This document shows positions 59,631-64,000 of a stretch of DNA of 64,000 nt, in pieces. The notes under the pieces are model-generated. The model did not search any database. It was not told where the DNA came from and saw nothing but the letters and a program-made list of their open reading frames with translations. A program made the translations under genes and the position numbers. Position 1 is the stretch's first letter, and each line of letters opens with the position of its first letter. The stretch lies in assembly GCA_965234725.1 (NCBI GenBank), contig CBDDUX010000040.1, positions 5,749-69,748 on the forward strand, in the 5' to 3' direction. This stretch comes from Thermoplasmatota archaeon. GTDB taxonomy: Archaea > Thermoplasmatota > Penumbrarchaeia > Penumbrarchaeales > Penumbrarchaeaceae.

Positions 59631-60563
59631 CTAAGACCGATTTTTTAAGAACACTGGCCCGGACAACAGTTTGTCGATCTCCTCGATAAGCCATTTCTCA
59701 ACGTGGATGTGTTCCACATCAATGTTCGATCTGACCTCCTTGACTCCATCCAGCTTTTCCAACCATTGCGAGATCTCCTTAACCTCCGAGGCATTCGCGC
59801 AGTGAACGATGAAAAGCGAATACTCCTGAGGCGCCGTGTGGGTCGAGACGATCCGTTTGATCTCGGACTGGAACTTTGCATCTATGGCTTTTTTCTTGTC
59901 TGCCTCACATACGATCCAGAAACGGGTCGAAACCCCACCACCCTTCCTCACATCTAGCAGTGGATCAAGGTAGAACGCATTTCCCTCGACCAGTTTTATC
60001 ATGTGTCTCTTGACGGTCCTGGTCGAAAGGTGAAGGTTTTGAGCGACATCCGAGAGTTTCCTTCTTGCGTTCATCCTCAGATCATGGATGATCCGCCAAT
60101 CGGTCTTGGTGGGGGTCAACCTACAAGTTGGGAAACCGAGCCTCCATGAAATTGGGGTCGGGCAACCACAGATGGAAGCGATCAGCTGGACCTGCCTTTT
60201 CAACCTATCTTCGTTCTCGAAGAGAATGTGGACCGCGATCTCGTTTCCATAGAAGTCTTCAATTAGCGTAACCCCCTCCATGAGGCTGAGACGGGAGATC
60301 ACATCGCTTTTGGATTCCTGGTCCTTTACACATAGCTCTACTATAGAGGCTTTCCGACCAAGCAGAACTGGGTTGAGAATTAGCTGCCATCCCTGTAAGA
60401 ATCCTACATCGTTCATGTGGTGGAGTCGTTTCCGTACGGTCTCTTCGTCCATTGACAACCCTTTGGCCACTGTGCCAAGGGAGATCCGAACATCCCACTG
60501 GAACGAGTGGGGGGATGACATTATCTTGATTATATGTATATCAATGTCATCCGGTGTCCACAT
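59631..60563 (-). CDS. Double-domain Lrp/AsnC family transcriptional regulator
   Basis: Two HTH units (DDIDIHII..VAKGLSMDEETVRKRL; TDWRIIHDLRMNARRKLSDVAQNLHLSTRTVKR), each followed by a RAM-like domain. Confidence 0.85.
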   Translation of the reverse strand: MWTPDDIDIHIIKIMSSPHSFQWDVRISLGTVAKGLSMDEETVRKRLHHMNDVGFLQGWQLILNPVLLGRKASIVELCVKDQESKSDVISRLSLMEGVTLIEDFYGNEIAVHILFENEDRLKRQVQLIASICGCPTPISWRLGFPTCRLTPTKTDWRIIHDLRMNARRKLSDVAQNLHLSTRTVKRHMIKLVEGNAFYLDPLLDVRKGGGVSTRFWIVCEADKKKAIDAKFQSEIKRIVSTHTAPQEYSLFIVHCANASEVKEISQWLEKLDGVKEVRSNIDVEHIHVEKWLIEEIDKLLSGPVFLKNRS

Positions 60564-61117
60564 TTACCATCAACATTATTCAAATGGGACAGAATAGATA
60601 TAAGTGTGTCCATAAATGTGGTGTAACTTAGGCGTGGAATTATACCGGAATGATCCTTTATTGTTTTGGAATTGGTGTGATTCCATGCAAAAACCGAATA
60701 CTATTATTGATTTTTCAACCCCTGAGACGGACAGGTCGAGGGAGATCTCGAACCTGGGATCGATTAGCTTAGATTCTCTTGGTAAAAGTGACCTTGGGAC
60801 CAGGACAATCCTGCTTTTCAGGTATCCTCAAAGGAGGACATTGGACCCGAAATAATACTTTTATCGGATCCATATGGAGTGGGTCTAATATCAGTAATTA
60901 TGATCGAACTCAATATCTTGTCGCTACAGTATGAGGTATCATTCGAAAGAGATGATGGAGGGCATCGCCTTTAGGCAAAATATCTTCAGGTGACGATATT
61001 GACTATCGGTATTAAGCAGAATGGACTTGAAAATCAAAATCTGTCCATCGGTGCCATATAGGTTAGGATAGGATTTAACCGTGGTTTAGCTATATTATGA
61101 TCTAAGGTGATAATAAC

Positions 61118-61312
61118 ATGTCAGAGATAATGACGTTCGTATGGTTGGTAGTATTGTTTGTGATAATCGCATTCGTTGCAGGTTTCTTCGGATTTGGTCT
61201 TCTTGCCGGAATTGCGGGTCTCATAGCAAAGATATTGTTCTTTATCTTCCTGGTCGTATTGGTGATATGGGTTTTAAGATTCTTTTTAGGAGGACGCCAT
61301 CATCGGTTTTAG
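61118..61312 (+). CDS. DUF1328 (YtjA-like) small membrane protein
   Basis: FVIIAFVAGFFGFG..AG.A..IAKILFFIFLV pattern; AGGTGA RBS. Confidence 0.8.
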   Translation: MSEIMTFVWLVVLFVIIAFVAGFFGFGLLAGIAGLIAKILFFIFLVVLVIWVLRFFLGGRHHRF

Positions 61313-61404
61313 ACAGATACGATCTACAGTTGATAATAAACCAACGATAGATTACATCGGTAGAATGAATGGCAAGATCGAAGCTTGGCCATCTCTATAG
61401 AATA

Positions 61405-61436
61405 AAGATCGGCGTGTGGGATCACACGCCGATCTT
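61405..61436. repeat. Perfect 14-bp inverted repeat
   Basis: AAGATCGGCGTGTG-ggat-CACACGCCGATCTT. Confidence 0.8.
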
Positions 61437-61816
61437 CAATAAGTTCGCAATAAGCATCGGCAAGGTAGTTCCAAAGACAGGCCAAATAGACCTATGTCTT
61501 TAATGAGGTTTGAAGAACGAATATGTATTCACCTTCTCTAATCTTTTTTTTTCGCTTCCAGTAACTGTTATCCACCATGATCAGTGGTATTATTTCATAC
61601 CTGCAACATGTTAAAGATTACCCTCCATGAGGATAATTCAGAAAGTCCGCTTGTTTCAACTCCTGGAATATGGTAGGATAATGAATGACAATTCATGCCT
61701 TCATTTAAGATATTGAATAACCTGTTAAAACAAATACGCTCAATGGATCATCAAGAACAGAACATTAAGATGGTTGTTATTGTAGGTAATATATTCACGG
61801 TGCTAATTGAGATAAA

Positions 61817-61953
61817 TGGGGTATCCACTTTACTCCTAAAAGTTTTATGATATAATGGCATATAACGGCAGATATTATCTAAAATATATTGATATATAAA
61901 TATCTTTGTAATTGCAGATTTCATGTGTCTTTGGGAGCTAAGTGGATACCCCA
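61817..61953. mobile_element. 137-bp MITE-like element
   Basis: Terminal IRs TGGGGTATCCACTT / AAGTGGATACCCCA (14 perfect, 21/24 extended); ATAAA directly flanks both ends (61812-61816, 61954-61958); AT-rich non-coding core. Confidence 0.7.
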
Positions 61954-62316
61954 ATAAAAAATATTGATTTTTTAATGAATGTGCTTATGGCAAGCTAAAT
62001 TATAAAAATGAGAAATACATTTCTGTAGCGTGGAAGGATTCATTTTTCCTATATGTCAATATTTTTAATCCTCTCTTCCCAATCCACGGGACCTTTCCAC
62101 CTGAGAGATCAAGACCCATGTCCGCATGTGTGTTTAAATCTTTCACCTTTGGAGATCTTCAAGGATGGCCCTTTATGATCCGAAAAACCCACCCTGCCGA
62201 CTTTAGAATTCCGATAACAAATATACATGATTTTAAGAGGATCATACCAGAAATGTTAGAAAATAAAGAAAAGAAGAAACATGGTCCTAAAAAAACCGTA
62301 GACTCGCCAAGAATAG

Positions 62317-62778
62317 ATAGCAGACCTATACAGGACTACTCAGCCGGTGATCAAGTATGAGTTGAACGACCTGGTGGAACCGGGAGGAACCAATTGTCCC
62401 TGCGGTTCATCTTTCAGGATAATAAGAAAGATCCATGGAAGGACGGATGATATCTTTATTCTCAAGGGAAAAGGAGGGGAAAGGAAGTACCTCTTTCCTG
62501 ACTATGTAAGAAGGGCAATGATCACCGCTTCGGACGATATTGAGGATTATCAGGTATTGCAACATGATACGAATACCATCGAGGTCAGGTTGGTAACGTC
62601 GCAAGGCTCCAATATAACTGGGATTAGGAAAAAGGTCCTTGAAAATCTGAACATGAGAGCAAGAAGGGTCGATGGTAACCTGGGCCATGTCACATTTTCA
62701 GATGAGCCTCCTTCCCGGAATCCGAGATCGGGGAAGATGATCCGAGTGGTCAGGATGTTCAAGGAGGATATCAAATGA
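62317..62778 (+). pseudogene. 5'-truncated phenylacetate-CoA ligase/F390-synthetase-like adenylate-forming enzyme
   Basis: The frame opens after TAG at 62314 with IADLYRTTQPVIKYELND, then CPCGS..IHGRTDD..YQVLQ..RSGKMIRV; only the C-terminal third is present. Confidence 0.75.
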
Positions 62779-63800
62779 AGATCATGGTCGTCTCCGATGA
62801 ACCTCTTCTTGAAATGTTCATGGGTTTTCCAGAAAGTGTCTACAAGAACGATGATGTCTGGTGTAAAGAGAATGGGGACCGGATCATAGGGATGAAAGCC
62901 TATTCGGAATCAAGAGGAGGTTTTTTTCAGTTGTACCTGGTCCTGGATGAGGGAGAGGTCCTTGCAAGAGCTAGTGGTTCCCTGGATCCAAAGGCTGTCA
63001 TTGATGGGAAAATGATCGGATCCTTGGGTCATTTTGAGGCTTTGAAAGGACAGGAACTGGCCGTTTCCATATTGTTCTCCACGATCGAGAATGATCTCAG
63101 AAGGGAGGGCGCTTCCACCATCATAGCCCCCAGAAACGATATCATGACCCTTGGCCTCCAGATCTCCGGTTTCGGACTTCCTCAGACCTGGGGAACACCC
63201 CACAATCCAGATTATTACAGGGACTATTTTGAAAAAAATGGATATTCCAAGAAAGAGGACCTCATAACGTTCATCATGGAAGATGATACTCCGATGGAAT
63301 CCTTCGATGATATCGGGGATATAAGGATCAGATCCATCAGGAAGAAGGAACCGGAAAGTGAAATAAAGATATTCAACCGGCTCAACAATGCCATATTCTC
63401 CTCTCATGAGAACTTCATCCCCAGGACCATTGAAGAAGATAAGATGATCATCGGGTCCATGCTTCCGCTTCTGGATGAGGACCTGGTCCTATTTGCTGAA
63501 GAGGAAAATGGAACACCGGTCGGACTCCTTGTCAGCATCCCCGATCACAATCAGAGGTTGAAAGAGGAGAAGATCACCAGGGCCAGGCTGATAACTATTG
63601 GCGTATTACCCGGACATACAAGGAAAGGTATAGGAAAGATGATGGGAAAACGGTTGAAGGAAAACCTATTGAAAAAGGGTTACAGGGAGCTTGAGGGGTC
63701 CTGGGTCCTTGAATCGAACCTGGCTCCAATGAAAGGCGCGGAGTCCATTGGTGCATCCGTTGGAAGGATCTTCAGATTGTATTCAAAGGACCTGGATTGA
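62775..63800 (+). CDS. Tandem GNAT N-acetyltransferase (YghO-like)
   Basis: GSLGHFE, HNPDYY, IPDHNQ, IGVLPGHTRKGIG acetyl-CoA motif, SWVLESN. Confidence 0.85.
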   Translation: MKIMVVSDEPLLEMFMGFPESVYKNDDVWCKENGDRIIGMKAYSESRGGFFQLYLVLDEGEVLARASGSLDPKAVIDGKMIGSLGHFEALKGQELAVSILFSTIENDLRREGASTIIAPRNDIMTLGLQISGFGLPQTWGTPHNPDYYRDYFEKNGYSKKEDLITFIMEDDTPMESFDDIGDIRIRSIRKKEPESEIKIFNRLNNAIFSSHENFIPRTIEEDKMIIGSMLPLLDEDLVLFAEEENGTPVGLLVSIPDHNQRLKEEKITRARLITIGVLPGHTRKGIGKMMGKRLKENLLKKGYRELEGSWVLESNLAPMKGAESIGASVGRIFRLYSKDLD

Positions 63801-64000
63801 TGACTGAAATTCAGCCCGATAATTTTACAAATGAAGACACTTCCCTTTTTCCTTCAAAGACAGTATCGGTGCATAAATTCCCGTTGCACCTTCACTAATT
63901 ATCGGCAGTAGATGTGGTCCATATTCATGGATCTTGGAATCAGGATCATTTGGCGGCCTATACTCCCATATGTTTTTCGATATGCTGTTCCAGGACCCTC

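Noticed and set aside
60616-60855. 79-aa ORF divergent from the Lrp gene
   Set aside because: No recognisable features or RBS; possibly a remnant, not supportable as a CDS.
61817-61953. Casposon or Tn3 origin of the GGGG-starting IRs
   Set aside because: The TSD is 5 bp (too short for casposons) and only appears when the outer T/A is part of the element, unlike Tn3 GGGG termini; no cas1, polB or tnpA present.
62118-62360. 80-aa ORF, possible transposase N-terminus
   Set aside because: Only a Lys-rich stretch; no DDE or HTH motif.
63958-64000. Possible 3' end of a minus-strand gene (RVLEQHIEKHMGV*)
   Set aside because: Too short to support at the window edge.

Overview
Archaeal genomic DNA, most consistent with an anaerobic, protein-degrading member of the Thermoplasmatota (inferred from radB, archaeal ArgRS, aIF-2beta fused to TRAM, GAGGTG-type RBSs and a membrane-anchored gingipain). 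About 28 kb of the 64 kb encodes large membrane-anchored surface proteins (Ig-repeat, vWA, PKD, FG-GAP, TSP3/fascin/NHL, C25 protease). These are mixed with housekeeping genes (argS, mutS, tandem-domain thyX, pgi, pycBA, arsC, hcp). The right third (after about 50.7 kb) is a more AT-rich variable region. It holds a ~4 kb insertion bounded by a duplicated 3' end of a cupin gene (FN3, membrane and radical SAM/SPASM operon), a Doc/Fic gene with a convergent 28-aa antitoxin-like micro-ORF, a 137-bp MITE-like element and several gene remnants. Best candidates for undescribed biology: (i) a degenerate PD-(D/E)XK plus B3-like DNA-binding protein paired with a patatin phospholipase; (ii) a 2.2-kaa tethered surface protein with a fascin-like domain and a toxin-translocation-like hydrophobic segment; (iii) a stand-alone 38-aa microprotein resembling the NrdJ C-terminal tail; (iv) the tail-to-tail Doc/mini-antitoxin pair. 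No rRNA, tRNA, CRISPR array, integrase or intact transposase was recognised. All family calls come from reading motifs by eye, not from database searches.
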